DNA of 64,000 bases, from assembly GCA_044869275.1 (NCBI GenBank), contig JBIOXB010000197.1:1-64000 (forward strand). Direction: 5' to 3'. The translations under genes were made by a program, and so were the position numbers. Under the pieces are notes generated by a model. The model made no database searches. It was not told the DNA's origin and worked only from the letters and a program-made list of their open reading frames with translations. The DNA is from a bacterium (GTDB lineage Bacteria; Zhuqueibacterota; Zhuqueibacteria; Zhuqueibacterales; Zhuqueibacteraceae). This document shows positions 1-10,038 of the stretch, one piece after another; within the stretch, counting starts at the first letter, position 1; each line of letters begins with the position of its first letter.

Positions 1-19
1 ATCTGGCTGGAGGCGCACA

Positions 20-2104
20 ATGAAGGATAAGGCTCTCGTATCAGCCTTCTTCGGACCGCTTTTGTTCTCTTATTGTGTTTATTCTCAAACCAATTTCTGG
101 GAGCGAACAGCCGGATTCAATGGCGGTGTGACCTATTCAATCTTTATAGATTCCAGTGCGCGAGTGCTCGTTGGAAGTGTTTCGGGAGTTTGGTGCTCTC
201 AAGATAAAGGCAAGAGTTGGACGAATATTGGCCTGCGTGATTTGGGATTCGTCAGCACAATTCTCGCTGACTCCCAGGAGAATCTAATCGTAGGAACATG
301 GGGATATGGGGTTTATCGCTCGCGAGATGATGGCAAAAGCTGGAAGCAAGTGCTTTCTGCTCCATATGTGGGTGAAATTAAAAGCGATCATGCCGGCAGC
401 TTTTTCGCAGCAACGACCGAAGGATTACATTGTTCTCGCGATAATGGGTATACTTGGAATCGCCTCACGTTGATGGGAAGTATTGAGAGTGTTGCAATCA
501 ACAAGAACGGAGACATTTTTGCAGCTGTTTTGAATTCCGGAGTTTTCAAATCAAATAATGACGGCATGAGCTGGTCAAAACTTGACAATGGCATCCCTGC
601 TCAATACGTCCTTGCAATTGAAACGAAGGCTGCTAATGATATGGTATTCGCTGGAACAAGCGGCCAAGGAGCATTTCGTTCAGTCGACGATGGCTACAGT
701 TGGGAGCCGATAAACAATGGTCTGCCAGGCCTTATCGTCTCCGGGTTCGAAATCGGATTCGACAACGAAGTTTTTGCGATCACCAATCACGGTTTGTTTC
801 GTTCCTTGGACAACGGCTCTCATTGGAGTATTATTGGAATCAATACGCTCACGGCTTCAGACGGAATTTCGGACGTAGCTTTGAATCTTGAAGGAGAGAT
901 TTTTGTAACCACGGGTAACACTGGCGTCTATTCTTCATCCGATATTGGGGCAAACTGGAAGCAAATCGGACTTCCGGTTGTTAGCGTTCATTCACTGGCC
1001 TTGGGCTCGAGTGGTGCTATTTTCGCGGGAAGCACCGGGTTATTTCGATCACAGGACAATGGTCAAAATTGGATCGAGAGTGGCCCCAATGCCCTTGTTT
1101 ATGGTATAGCCTTTGATTACAGTAATCGTATTTTGATTGGAACAAATTACTACAGCCATGGCTCAGTATTTCGATCGACAGCGGAAGCAAGTTGGTCAGG
1201 TTGTCTAGCACTCGATCCGATCAGTCAGATCAATGCAGTGACGATCAGCTCAAACGGGGACATTTTTGCGGGAGCGTCCGGTCAACAAGAAGGCGTTTAC
1301 CGCTCAAACGATGGGTGCGGAACTTGGAGCAGGATTAACGAAGGATTGACCAACCAGTCAATAAATGCAATCGCGATAAATTCCAAAGATATCGTCTATG
1401 TGGGTACGGTCGGTGGCGCATTTCAGTCACGCGATAACGGTGATCATTGGGTTGGCATGCCATTAGGAGCGACACCTTTTGCAGTTCACGCATTTCATAT
1501 TCGCTCGGATGACACAATGTTTGCCGGAACTTCGCATGGGGTCTTCACAAGTGTTGATGAAGGAGATGCCTGGGCTTCCGCTGGTTTGACAAACACAGCA
1601 ATATACGCCGTCACTTCAAACGCTTCAGGCCAGCTTTTTGCCGCGACGCATAACGGCGTTTACCGATCAACAGACAACGGCGGTGCATGGATCGAGATCA
1701 ACTCCGGACTACGAAATCTCACGGTGCAAGCGGTGGCAATAGATTCCGCCGGTCATCTGTTTGTCGCTACAAATGGCGGTGTCTTTCGCAGTGTATCTGC
1801 GACGGTCTCAATTGAAGAGAGAAACAGGGGAGCATTCAAAATCTATTCATTGGAGCAAAACTACCCCAACCCCTTCAATTCTTCCACCATAATTCGCTAC
1901 GCCCTTGCCAAGTCCGGCCAGGTGACGATGACACTATTTAGTCTTACCGGTCAAAAAGTGGCAGTGCTGGTCAATGAAGTCAAATCAGCAGGCGAATATT
2001 CAGTGCAATGGCACCCAAAAGACTTACCGAGCGGCGTGTATGTCTATCGCTTACAGGCAGGCGAGGCTTTTGCACAAACGCAGAAATTGCTGTTGCTGAA
2101 ATAG
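20..2104 (+). CDS. Secreted BNR/Asp-box beta-propeller protein (YCF48/VPS10-like) with T9SS-type C-terminal sorting domain
   Basis: N-terminal signal peptide; many S-x-D-x-G-x-x-W repeats; C-terminus LEQNYPNPFN...LPSGVYVYRL...KLLLLK. Codon usage looks more AT-rich than its neighbours. Confidence 0.9.
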   Translation: MKDKALVSAFFGPLLFSYCVYSQTNFWERTAGFNGGVTYSIFIDSSARVLVGSVSGVWCSQDKGKSWTNIGLRDLGFVSTILADSQENLIVGTWGYGVYRSRDDGKSWKQVLSAPYVGEIKSDHAGSFFAATTEGLHCSRDNGYTWNRLTLMGSIESVAINKNGDIFAAVLNSGVFKSNNDGMSWSKLDNGIPAQYVLAIETKAANDMVFAGTSGQGAFRSVDDGYSWEPINNGLPGLIVSGFEIGFDNEVFAITNHGLFRSLDNGSHWSIIGINTLTASDGISDVALNLEGEIFVTTGNTGVYSSSDIGANWKQIGLPVVSVHSLALGSSGAIFAGSTGLFRSQDNGQNWIESGPNALVYGIAFDYSNRILIGTNYYSHGSVFRSTAEASWSGCLALDPISQINAVTISSNGDIFAGASGQQEGVYRSNDGCGTWSRINEGLTNQSINAIAINSKDIVYVGTVGGAFQSRDNGDHWVGMPLGATPFAVHAFHIRSDDTMFAGTSHGVFTSVDEGDAWASAGLTNTAIYAVTSNASGQLFAATHNGVYRSTDNGGAWIEINSGLRNLTVQAVAIDSAGHLFVATNGGVFRSVSATVSIEERNRGAFKIYSLEQNYPNPFNSSTIIRYALAKSGQVTMTLFSLTGQKVAVLVNEVKSAGEYSVQWHPKDLPSGVYVYRLQAGEAFAQTQKLLLLK

Positions 2105-2409
2105 CCTTGCCATGCGCCCGCGGTCTCAGCCATTGTGACTCTTATAGCAATCCGTCACGTTTTGCCAGGGGATGACGCGGCCGGTGTTGCGCGCTTGCCT
2201 CTCATTGCCGCCGTAAATCAAGCAGGCCTTTTTGAGAGGAAGATGCGATAAATTCGCGTAATATGTCAAGCCGGCAAAAAAATCGCCGCGATCGTTTTGC
2301 CGGATTGTCCCGGCCCCAGCAGCGCGACCACGGGAAATCGGCGTGCGGAACGGCGTAATTTCGCGGCGAGAATTCTTTGGATCATGGCAACACCAAGGTA
2401 GCATGCTTT

Positions 2410-2424
2410 GGACAAATTGTCCAT
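2410..2424. promoter_or_regulatory. Palindrome TGGACAA-A-TTGTCCA, possible transcription factor site
   Basis: Perfect 7-bp inverted repeat with a further TTGTCCA half-site at about 2437-2443. Confidence 0.35.
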
Positions 2425-2501
2425 TCGATTTACAATTTGTCCAAATCGGCCGCACTACTTTTGCTCATGGAACCGGTAACGGTTAATATACTAAGCCTTC
2501 C

Positions 2502-2660
2502 CATCTCGCCGGCCAGGAAACGGCAACACCGGCAAATGAACTGAAAGCCGCGGGCGAACATTCCATCGATTGGAACGCGCAAGGTCTTCCCAGTGGAATT
2601 TATGCGTAGCGCCTGCGGGCGGGAGATTACGTGGACACAAAGAAGCTGCTGCTGTTGAGA
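2502..2660 (+). pseudogene. Orphan remnant of a T9SS-type C-terminal sorting domain
   Basis: Translates as HLAGQETATPANELKAAGEHSIDWNAQGLPSGIYA*RLRAGDYVDTKKLLLLR and aligns by eye to the CTD of 20..2104. In-frame TAG at 2607-2609; no intact upstream gene. Confidence 0.8.
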
Positions 2661-2715
2661 TCAGGTAAAACAAGCCTCGCCTGGCCGCACTGCGAGCGAC
2701 CGGTCAGTGAAAACG

Positions 2716-3747
2716 TCATCCAAACTGATTCAACCGCGCCTTGGCTTCGTTGTAAATTTTGGCTTTTTCCGGAAATGGGATAAACAGGCTCTTGAAGCCG
2801 TTGAGCGTGATCTTTTTCACTTCTTCGAAATCCAAATCCCACGTTTGCACCGCCAGCCACAGCTCGTCGGTGACGGTGGTGCGGGAGATCAAGCGGTTGT
2901 CGGTGTTGAGCGTCACCCGGAGCTGGTTGTCGAGGTATTTTTTGAAGGCATGATGCTCGATGCGCATCACCGCCTTGGTTTGCACGTTGCTGGTGAGGCA
3001 GACCTCCAGGGGAATGCGGTGATCGCGCACGAAGTTCATCAAATCTTCGTCTTCGTACAGCCGCGTGCCGTGACCGATGCGATGCGCGCCGCACACGTTG
3101 ATGGCCTGATGAATGCTCGCCGGACCGTAAGCTTCCCCGGCGTGCACGGTGCAATTGATGCATTCTTTGCGAATGGTATAGAAAGCCTTGGCGTGCTCTT
3201 TGGCGGGATTGTCTTCTTCGCGGCCGGCGAGATCGAAGCCCACCACGCCCTGGCGCTTGTATTGCACCGCGAGCTCGGCGAGGCGCAGCGATTTGGAGCG
3301 GTCGAAGCTGCGGATCGCGCAGATAATCACGCCGGTCTTGATGGGATACTTTCTTTCCGCCTCGCGCAATCCCTCCAACACAGCGTCTACCACCTGTTCC
3401 AGCGACAAGCCCTTGTCCTGGTGGAGCAGGGGCGAATAGCGTACTTCCATGTAGGTCACGTTTTCGCGCGCCGCATCTTCAGCCAATTCGAATGCCGTGC
3501 GGCGCAGGGACTCATAATCCTGCAAGAGCTTCAGCGTCACATCGAATTTATCGATGTACTCGTTGAGATTCTCCACCTGCCCTTTGACCGATAAATAATC
3601 GTAAACCTCCTCCTCGCGATTGCCGGGCAGCGGCACCCCGTTTTGCTTCGCCAGTTCCATCGCCGTTTTCACCCGCAACGAACCGTCGAGGTGCACGTGC
3701 AAGTCGGTTTTGGGCAGTTCGAATAGAAGATCGCGGGTGATGTTCAT
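2716..3747 (-). CDS. add: Adenosine deaminase
   Basis: PKTDLHVHLDGS, TVHAGE, RIGHG, LEVCLTSN and LNTDN metal-binding motifs. Confidence 0.93.
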   Translation of the reverse strand: MNITRDLLFELPKTDLHVHLDGSLRVKTAMELAKQNGVPLPGNREEEVYDYLSVKGQVENLNEYIDKFDVTLKLLQDYESLRRTAFELAEDAARENVTYMEVRYSPLLHQDKGLSLEQVVDAVLEGLREAERKYPIKTGVIICAIRSFDRSKSLRLAELAVQYKRQGVVGFDLAGREEDNPAKEHAKAFYTIRKECINCTVHAGEAYGPASIHQAINVCGAHRIGHGTRLYEDEDLMNFVRDHRIPLEVCLTSNVQTKAVMRIEHHAFKKYLDNQLRVTLNTDNRLISRTTVTDELWLAVQTWDLDFEEVKKITLNGFKSLFIPFPEKAKIYNEAKARLNQFG

Positions 3748-3942
3748 TTTTTCTCCTCACTCGTCGTGCGGCAATGTGCCGCAACCAAATCTGCCAACCG
3801 CGAATGAACGCGAATAAAAAATGAGCTCCGGTTCATCTGAATGAGTGGTTCGTCAAAAAATCCTTACGGTCATGATCGTTTGAAATAGGCCACTACACCT
3901 CACGGAAGCACTCAAAAAACAGGACGGCCGGGCTCCAAACAA

Positions 3943-4022
3943 TGAACCGCGAAGACACGAAGCTCGCAAAGAAAAGCGCTGGCAGGTGCTCTTCTTTGCG
4001 GGCTTCGCGCCTTGGCGGTTCA
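3943..4022. repeat. Inverted nonamer-type tandem repeat cluster
   Basis: TGAACCGCGAAGACACGAAGCTCGCAAAG ... CTTTGCGGGCTTCGCGCCTTGGCGGTTCA. Confidence 0.7.
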
Positions 4023-4041
4023 AACTCTAAGACAGCAGCTC

Positions 4042-6045
4042 CTACGCTGCCGTGGCATGCGTCTGGCGCGCGGGCGCGGATTTGGCCGGGGCAGCAGCTT
4101 CGCGGCGCTTGACCATAATTTCCGGCAGCAGGCAAATCATCGTGCCGATGGTCAACACCATGCCGCCGATCCACACCCACATGACCAGCGGATTCAAATA
4201 AGCGTGAAAGGTGGCGGCGTTGGTTTCGCGTTTAAATTCACCCAACACCACGTAAAGATCTTCGCGCAAATTGGAAAACAACGCCACTTCCGTGGTGGGT
4301 TGTTGCTGCACGACGTAGAAATGTTTTTGCGGATAGATGGTGTCCAGCACGCGGCCGTCGCGCTTGACCTCCATCTTGGCTTCCGCCACCATCTTGTTGG
4401 GATCGGAATACTCGCGCGTGCTTTGATAAACCAGCTCATAATTGCGCAATTTGAGCGACTCGCCGGGCTTGAGCTGGCCTTCGACTTCCATGGTAAAGGC
4501 CTGGCCGGTGATGCCGAGAAAAATGAGCACCATGCCGAAATGCACGACGTAACCGCCGTAGCGCCGGCGGTTTTTCAGCAGTAAATGCCACAACGCCACC
4601 AGATAACTCTCGTCGTTGGTATGGCCGCGGGCGATCGCGCCACGATGAAATTCTTGCACGATGGTTGCAGTCACCAGCACGCACAAGGAGAAGGAGATGA
4701 GCGCATAAAGGTGGCGCATGCCGAAGGCGAGGAGAATGGCGAGCGTGGCCAGGCCGAAAATCGCCGGGAGCAAGAAAGTCTTTTGCAATTGCGCCGCTGA
4801 GCTCTTGCGCCAGGCTACCAGCGGCCCGATGCCGGTGAGCAGCAAAAGCAGCAGCGCGATGGGGACATTCACGGCGTTGAACCACGGCGCGCCCACGGTG
4901 ATTTTGGTGCCGCGCACGGCCTCGGAAATCACCGGAAAAACCGTGCCCCAAAACACCGCGAAACACGCCCCGAGAAAGACCACGTTGTTCAATAGAAACG
5001 CGGATTCGCGCGACACCACGGATTCCATTTTAACGTTGCTTTTCAGCGCGGGCACTCTGTGCATCAGCAGCGTGAATGAGAACGCGATAATGACAAAGAC
5101 AAAACCGAGAAACAACGGGCCCAGGCTGGATTGGGTGAAGCTGTGCACCGACGACACCACGCCGCTGCGGGTGAGAAACGTGCCGAAGATGCACAATGTA
5201 AAAGTGAGAATGATCAGCACCATGTTCCATACGCGCAGCATGCTTTTCTTTTCCTGAATCATCACCGAATGGAGAAACGCGGTGCCGGTGAGCCAGGGCA
5301 TCATGGCGGCGTTTTCCACCGGATCCCACGCCCAGTAACCGCCCCAGCCCAATTCCATGTACGCCCACTTGCCCCCGAGCATCATGCCGATGCCGAGAAA
5401 GAACCAGGGCACAATGGTCCAGCGGCGCGTGAGCGTCAACCATTCGTTGCCCATTTGGCGGCTCAACAGAGCGGCAATGGCAAAGGCAAAAGGAATGGTG
5501 AAGCCGACGTAACCGAGATAAAGAATCGGAGGGTGAATGACCATGGCCCAATGCTGCAGCAATGGGTTGAGGCCGCGGCCGTCGGGAGGCGTGGCCGGCA
5601 GCATTTCAAACAGCGGGGTAACGAACGCGAACATGGCAATAAAGAACATCGTGACCGCCATGTTGACGGCGGTGACATAAGGCATCAACAAAGGCTGCTT
5701 GCGGCGATGCAACAGGATGCAGAAAGAGCTGAAGCACGCCAGCAACAAAGCCCAGAACAAGAGCGAGCCTTTCATGCCGGCCCACAGTGTGGTAATCTTG
5801 AAAGACAGCGGCAGCGCGCGGTTGCTGTAGCCGGCAACGTATTCCATGCGGAAATTGTCGGTGAGAATCGCTTGCCATACGCCGAAGGCAGCGAGCAGCA
5901 AAAAAATGTTGACGCCGAAGGCAGCGTTCTCTCCACTGGCAACCACGCGTTGATCGTGGCGGCGCACACCAAGGACGGAGGCGAGTATGGCGTAGATGCC
6001 GCAACCGAGCGCGAGCAAAACGAAGGCATTGCCTAATTGAGTCAT
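4042..6045 (-). CDS. ccmF: Cytochrome c heme lyase CcmF/NrfE
   Basis: GLNPLLQH, IHPP, WAYMELGWGGYWAWDPVENA (WWD motif), FLTRSG..SVHSF. Start placed at MTQLG (6045). Confidence 0.95.
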   Translation of the reverse strand: MTQLGNAFVLLALGCGIYAILASVLGVRRHDQRVVASGENAAFGVNIFLLLAAFGVWQAILTDNFRMEYVAGYSNRALPLSFKITTLWAGMKGSLLFWALLLACFSSFCILLHRRKQPLLMPYVTAVNMAVTMFFIAMFAFVTPLFEMLPATPPDGRGLNPLLQHWAMVIHPPILYLGYVGFTIPFAFAIAALLSRQMGNEWLTLTRRWTIVPWFFLGIGMMLGGKWAYMELGWGGYWAWDPVENAAMMPWLTGTAFLHSVMIQEKKSMLRVWNMVLIILTFTLCIFGTFLTRSGVVSSVHSFTQSSLGPLFLGFVFVIIAFSFTLLMHRVPALKSNVKMESVVSRESAFLLNNVVFLGACFAVFWGTVFPVISEAVRGTKITVGAPWFNAVNVPIALLLLLLTGIGPLVAWRKSSAAQLQKTFLLPAIFGLATLAILLAFGMRHLYALISFSLCVLVTATIVQEFHRGAIARGHTNDESYLVALWHLLLKNRRRYGGYVVHFGMVLIFLGITGQAFTMEVEGQLKPGESLKLRNYELVYQSTREYSDPNKMVAEAKMEVKRDGRVLDTIYPQKHFYVVQQQPTTEVALFSNLREDLYVVLGEFKRETNAATFHAYLNPLVMWVWIGGMVLTIGTMICLLPEIMVKRREAAAPAKSAPARQTHATAA

Positions 6046-6166
6046 AGAATTTCCATGTTGTTTTTGCGGTACTCCCAGATCCTCGTGGGCCGTATGCCAG
6101 GCGCAGAGCTGCAATCCTGCAAAAATGCCCCACGCGGGGGCAGGACTGCTTCACACCGGAAGACTT

Positions 6167-6592
6167 TCATGACGAGCCTTTATCCGAGGCCGGATATTGC
6201 CCGCCGTTTTCGCTTTCGTATTTGCTGGCGCATTTGGTGAAAAGCCGCGCCGCGTGAAATTCGCCGTTGAGGTATTTGCCTTCCAACAGCACCCCGGCAT
6301 TCTCCTTGAACGTATCCGGCACGATGCCGCGATACACCACCGGCAGCTGCTCGCCAAGCTCATCCAGCGTGAAGCGCATTTGCAGGCCGTCTTCCGAGCG
6401 CACCACCGAGCCCGGCACGACGCTGCCACTGACGCGCAAGCCGCGGCCTTCGTCTTTGACCGTCTGCGCTTTCAATTCACTCACGGTCATGTAATAGACC
6501 ATGGTCTCATCAAAGCCGCTGACGAACAGCCAGGCGATCAGGCCGACCACGGCGGCGAACACGACGAAGATCGTCACTCTCTTGCGTTCCAT
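6167..6592 (-). CDS. ccmE: Heme chaperone CcmE, CxxxY variant
   Basis: N-terminal TM helix, OB-fold motif VVYRGIVPDTFKE, C-terminal KCASKY; directly upstream of ccmF. Confidence 0.92.
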   Translation of the reverse strand: MERKRVTIFVVFAAVVGLIAWLFVSGFDETMVYYMTVSELKAQTVKDEGRGLRVSGSVVPGSVVRSEDGLQMRFTLDELGEQLPVVYRGIVPDTFKENAGVLLEGKYLNGEFHAARLFTKCASKYESENGGQYPASDKGSS

Positions 6593-6816
6593 CTTATCAC
6601 CTCGGTGTTTGGTATTTCAAAATTGAGCTTGCGCAATGGTGAACGTTAATCCTTCTGCTTTCATTTCCAAAAGGATAGCAGCCTTCCCTTTTAGCACTGC
6701 AAAAAACAAACCCAAAGTGTATCTATAAAAAACAAAAGTCGATGCGAGTTTTCAAGAGCCATTTCTTCGCAATTTTAAGAAACCAGTTCCGAATTATGCC
6801 CGGCGGGGAGAGGGTC

Positions 6817-8370
6817 TCAATTCGCATAGGCCGTGGCGCGCGTTTCGCGCAGCACGGTCACTTTGATTTGCCCAGGATATTCCAGCTCCTGTTGAATCTT
6901 TTTGGCGATATCGGAGGCCAACAAATCGGCTTGCGCATCGCTGATTTTCTCCGGCTGCACCATGACGCGAATCTCGCGGCCCGCAGATATGGCATAGGCC
7001 TTCGAAACCGCTTCGAAGCCGTCGGCAACCTTTTCGAGCTTGTCGATGCGCTTGACGTAGCCTTCAAGCGTGTCGCGCCGCGCGCCGGGGCGTGAGCCGG
7101 AGATGGCGTCCGCCGCGCTCACCAGCAGCGAAATCAAATTGTCCGCGGGAATGTCTTCGTGATGCGAGCCGATGGCGTTGATGACGATGGGATCCTCATT
7201 GTATTTTTTGGCGATCTCCATGCCGAGCTGGGTGTGCGTGCCTTCTTGATTTTGGCTGACCGCTTTGCCAATATCGTGCAACAGCGCCGCGCGCTTGGCC
7301 ATGCGCACGTCCAGCCGCAACTCCGCCGCCATCATGCCGCAGATCGACGCGACTTCCTCGGAATGGCTGAGCACATTCTGGCCGTAGCTGGAGCGAAAAC
7401 ACAAGCGGCCCAGCAGGCGAATCATTTCCGGATGAATCTTGCCGATGCCAACGCGCGCCACGGATTCGTTGCCCGCGCGCCAGATTTGCTTTTCCACTTC
7501 CTGCTCGCATTGCGCCACGATTTCATCCACGCGCTGCGGATGAATTTTGCCGTTGTTGATCAGCTTCTCCAGCGCCAGCCGCGCCACTTCGCGCTTGACC
7601 GGATCGAATGCCGACAGCACCACCGCCTCCGGCGTGTCATCGACGATCACTTTCACGCCCGTGGCCTGTTCGAAGGCCTTGATGTTACGGCCTTCGCGGC
7701 CGATGATGCGGCCCTTCACTTCCTCCGAAGGAATCGGCACCACCGAAACCGCGGTTTCGGAAGCGTGCTCGGAGGCGATGCGTTCGATGGTCATGGTGAG
7801 AATGCGCTTGGCTTCGCGCACGGCATTGGCCTTGGTCTCGTCCACGACCCTCTTGTACAGCTCCGCCGCATCCTTGTTGAATTCGTGGCGCAGATTTTCC
7901 AGGAGCAAATGCTTGGCGTCTTCCAGCGAGAGCTGCGTGATTTTCGAGAGCTCGAGGTTTTGTTGGGCGACCAGTTTCTCCAATTCGTGGTCTTTGGCGC
8001 GCAACGCCAGCTTTTGCGATTCGATCTCACTTTCGCGCTGTGCGAATTGCTGCTCGCGCTGCTTGATCGTTTCCTCGCGGCGCACGAGCTTTTTCTCGCG
8101 CTCGTCGATTCTGGCCTCCTGCTCCTCCATTTTGCGGGCGCGCTGCTTCAGCTTGCTCTCCTGTTCGTCGCGCTGGCGAAACCATTCCTCCTTGGCTTTC
8201 ATGATAATTTGATGTTTTTGGCGCTCGGCTTCCTTCTGGGCCGTCCCTAAAATGTCCTGGGCTGAAGCCCGGTTTTTGACCAGTTGCTGGCTGGCCGCGA
8301 ATTTCGCCAAAAACCACGCGGCGGCAAATGAAGCCGCGCCGACAATCGCATATATCCACCATTGTTCCAT
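6817..8370 (-). CDS. rny: Ribonuclease Y
   Basis: N-terminal TM helix, coiled coil, KH motif KGRIIGREGRNI, HD motif LLHDIGK, C-terminal YPGQIKVTV. Confidence 0.96.
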   Translation of the reverse strand: MEQWWIYAIVGAASFAAAWFLAKFAASQQLVKNRASAQDILGTAQKEAERQKHQIIMKAKEEWFRQRDEQESKLKQRARKMEEQEARIDEREKKLVRREETIKQREQQFAQRESEIESQKLALRAKDHELEKLVAQQNLELSKITQLSLEDAKHLLLENLRHEFNKDAAELYKRVVDETKANAVREAKRILTMTIERIASEHASETAVSVVPIPSEEVKGRIIGREGRNIKAFEQATGVKVIVDDTPEAVVLSAFDPVKREVARLALEKLINNGKIHPQRVDEIVAQCEQEVEKQIWRAGNESVARVGIGKIHPEMIRLLGRLCFRSSYGQNVLSHSEEVASICGMMAAELRLDVRMAKRAALLHDIGKAVSQNQEGTHTQLGMEIAKKYNEDPIVINAIGSHHEDIPADNLISLLVSAADAISGSRPGARRDTLEGYVKRIDKLEKVADGFEAVSKAYAISAGREIRVMVQPEKISDAQADLLASDIAKKIQQELEYPGQIKVTVLRETRATAYAN

Positions 8371-8395
8371 AATGTGCTTCCCAAGCAAAGTGCTT

Positions 8396-8821
8396 TTATG
8401 GCGTCAAGACAAAATCATCCGGCGCTGCAGCGCCGCGCTGGGCACCCGGGGTTTGCAGCAACCCGTACAAATGCTGCGCCACGGCTTCCATGTTGTTTTT
8501 GACTTTGTTGCCCGCGCACACCGGATGCGTACGAATGCATTCCACGCCTTTGCAATAATCCAGGCGCAGATCGCAATGCTGTTGCTTTTGATAATCCCGC
8601 GAAGGCATCATGGATTTGGTGACTTCCTCGCGGCGAAACTCGCGCGGCTGGGTTTTGTAATGCCACTCGACCATTTTGTTCCACAGGAACTCGTGCGCTT
8701 GCACCAATTGCACGCTGGTCATCTCTTCGAGCACAGGCCGAAGTGGCTTGCCGGACATCAGCGCCACCAAAATCTCCAGCCGCCGGCGGAAGGTCAGCTC
8801 TTCAGGTTGTCGCACTTGCAT
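8396..8821 (-). CDS. Hypothetical protein with a four-Cys cluster
   Basis: RBS GAGAGGA before ATG; C-x6-C-x4-C-x6-C; co-oriented directly upstream of rny. Confidence 0.7.
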   Translation of the reverse strand: MQVRQPEELTFRRRLEILVALMSGKPLRPVLEEMTSVQLVQAHEFLWNKMVEWHYKTQPREFRREEVTKSMMPSRDYQKQQHCDLRLDYCKGVECIRTHPVCAGNKVKNNMEAVAQHLYGLLQTPGAQRGAAAPDDFVLTP

Positions 8822-8899
8822 GAGGTCCTCTCATCGACTTGAGCCATTGCCTCTCGCGCCAGGCATGGTCACAGGGTTAAAATTTGTAAACAGAAATAT

Positions 8900-9043
8900 A
8901 GAACTCGAGAATCATAAAATCAAGCCGCAAAGATGCGGGTGGAACCGACCTCCCTCCTCGAACGACTCGAAGCGGCGATCAGAACTGCTTCTCCAAATGC
9001 TGGATGGCGGCTGATCAGAGTCCAGTGCCGTGCACTCAAGAAG
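8900..9043 (-). ncRNA. Candidate structured RNA, possibly 6S-like
   Basis: Nested stems (GACTC/GAGTC, GATCAG/CTGATC, TCCA/TGGA) and a CCACCCGC...GCGGCTTGA segment upstream of the rny unit. Weak evidence. Confidence 0.25.
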
Positions 9044-9110
9044 AATCAGACTGTGTGAAAACTCGGCAAGGCCGCACCCTGAGCTTGTCGAAGGGTGCTA
9101 AGTTCAAAAA
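9044..9110. mobile_element. MITE/REP-like element, partial copy
   Basis: Reverse complement matches 41810-41876 at 60/67 nt by manual count. Core CCTGAGCTTGTCGAAGG; end CAGACTGTGTGAAAAC. Confidence 0.75.
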
Positions 9111-9174
9111 CTTGGTACTGTGCCCGAGTCAACCAAGATCCCTACGGGAAGACATTTCAGTTTTCGGATAAGCT

Positions 9175-10008
9175 CTAGATAGAAATGCCCGTAAACAGCC
9201 AGATGAATTTGGAAAACGCTTCGCCAATGACCACGAAAATCACGGTGGCGTAAAGCATGCCCGTCGCTGATTGCGTGCTGCGAATTTTGACGGTTTCGTA
9301 AATCATGAAACCAAAAATCAGCGGGCCGGCCAAGCCGATGATCACGCGCAGCCAGAACAGCCAGCCCGTCCCGGAAAACTGGAGCAGCGCCTGGGCAGAT
9401 TGAGCAACGAGGGCTTCGCGCGAGAGCAACAGCGCGGAGACGGCAGCCACCACCAGTGCCAGGCGCAAAAGAGTCGCGCCCAGAAATAGTTGTGTCGCCA
9501 CACGCAATGGCTGAATCGTCAAACGGCGATTGACCAGGTACCAATGGCCGGTGATCATCGCGGAAAGCACGGTGCCCAGCACCAATGCCGAGCCGATGAA
9601 GCTGGCCACCCGCCAGGCGGAGGAAGCCGGCGGCAAGATTTGCGCGGTCGGAGAGATCAACGCCGCCGCGATGATGCCGAGCAATCCCAGGGCAAAGGCG
9701 GGAAAAAGATAGGATTTTCCCACGCGTTTGATCATGATGCTGCCCGCGAGCAGCACGGCGATGGTTGCGGCGATCAAGCTGAAAAATGAGTTTTGCGAAA
9801 AGCTCGAAATCGTTTGCGCCGAAGAAAGCATCGGGTGGTCGAATGGATGCGCCCACCAGGCCAGCACCAGCAAGGCGGCGACCAACACGCTGACGAAGCG
9901 AAAGAAAAACACGCCGATGTCTTCGAGCGAAATGAAAAATAGAGGCAGCAGCGCGCCGATGGCGAGCTGCAAAAAAAGTGAGAAGAAAATCAAATTCAGC
10001 ATGGGCAA
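9175..10008 (-). CDS. Polytopic membrane protein with GHWYL motif (possibly DmsC/NrfD-like)
   Basis: About 8 hydrophobic segments; SAMITGHWYL and STQSATGMLY motifs. Confidence 0.7.
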   Translation of the reverse strand: MPMLNLIFFSLFLQLAIGALLPLFFISLEDIGVFFFRFVSVLVAALLVLAWWAHPFDHPMLSSAQTISSFSQNSFFSLIAATIAVLLAGSIMIKRVGKSYLFPAFALGLLGIIAAALISPTAQILPPASSAWRVASFIGSALVLGTVLSAMITGHWYLVNRRLTIQPLRVATQLFLGATLLRLALVVAAVSALLLSREALVAQSAQALLQFSGTGWLFWLRVIIGLAGPLIFGFMIYETVKIRSTQSATGMLYATVIFVVIGEAFSKFIWLFTGISI

Positions 10009-10038
10009 GCGTGCGAGATAAAGGATGAGCGCGACGCC

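Noticed and set aside
2607..2609. In-frame TAG as pyrrolysine or recoded stop
   Set aside because: Other genes in the window end normally at TAG, no pyl genes are present, and the fragment lacks an N-terminus.
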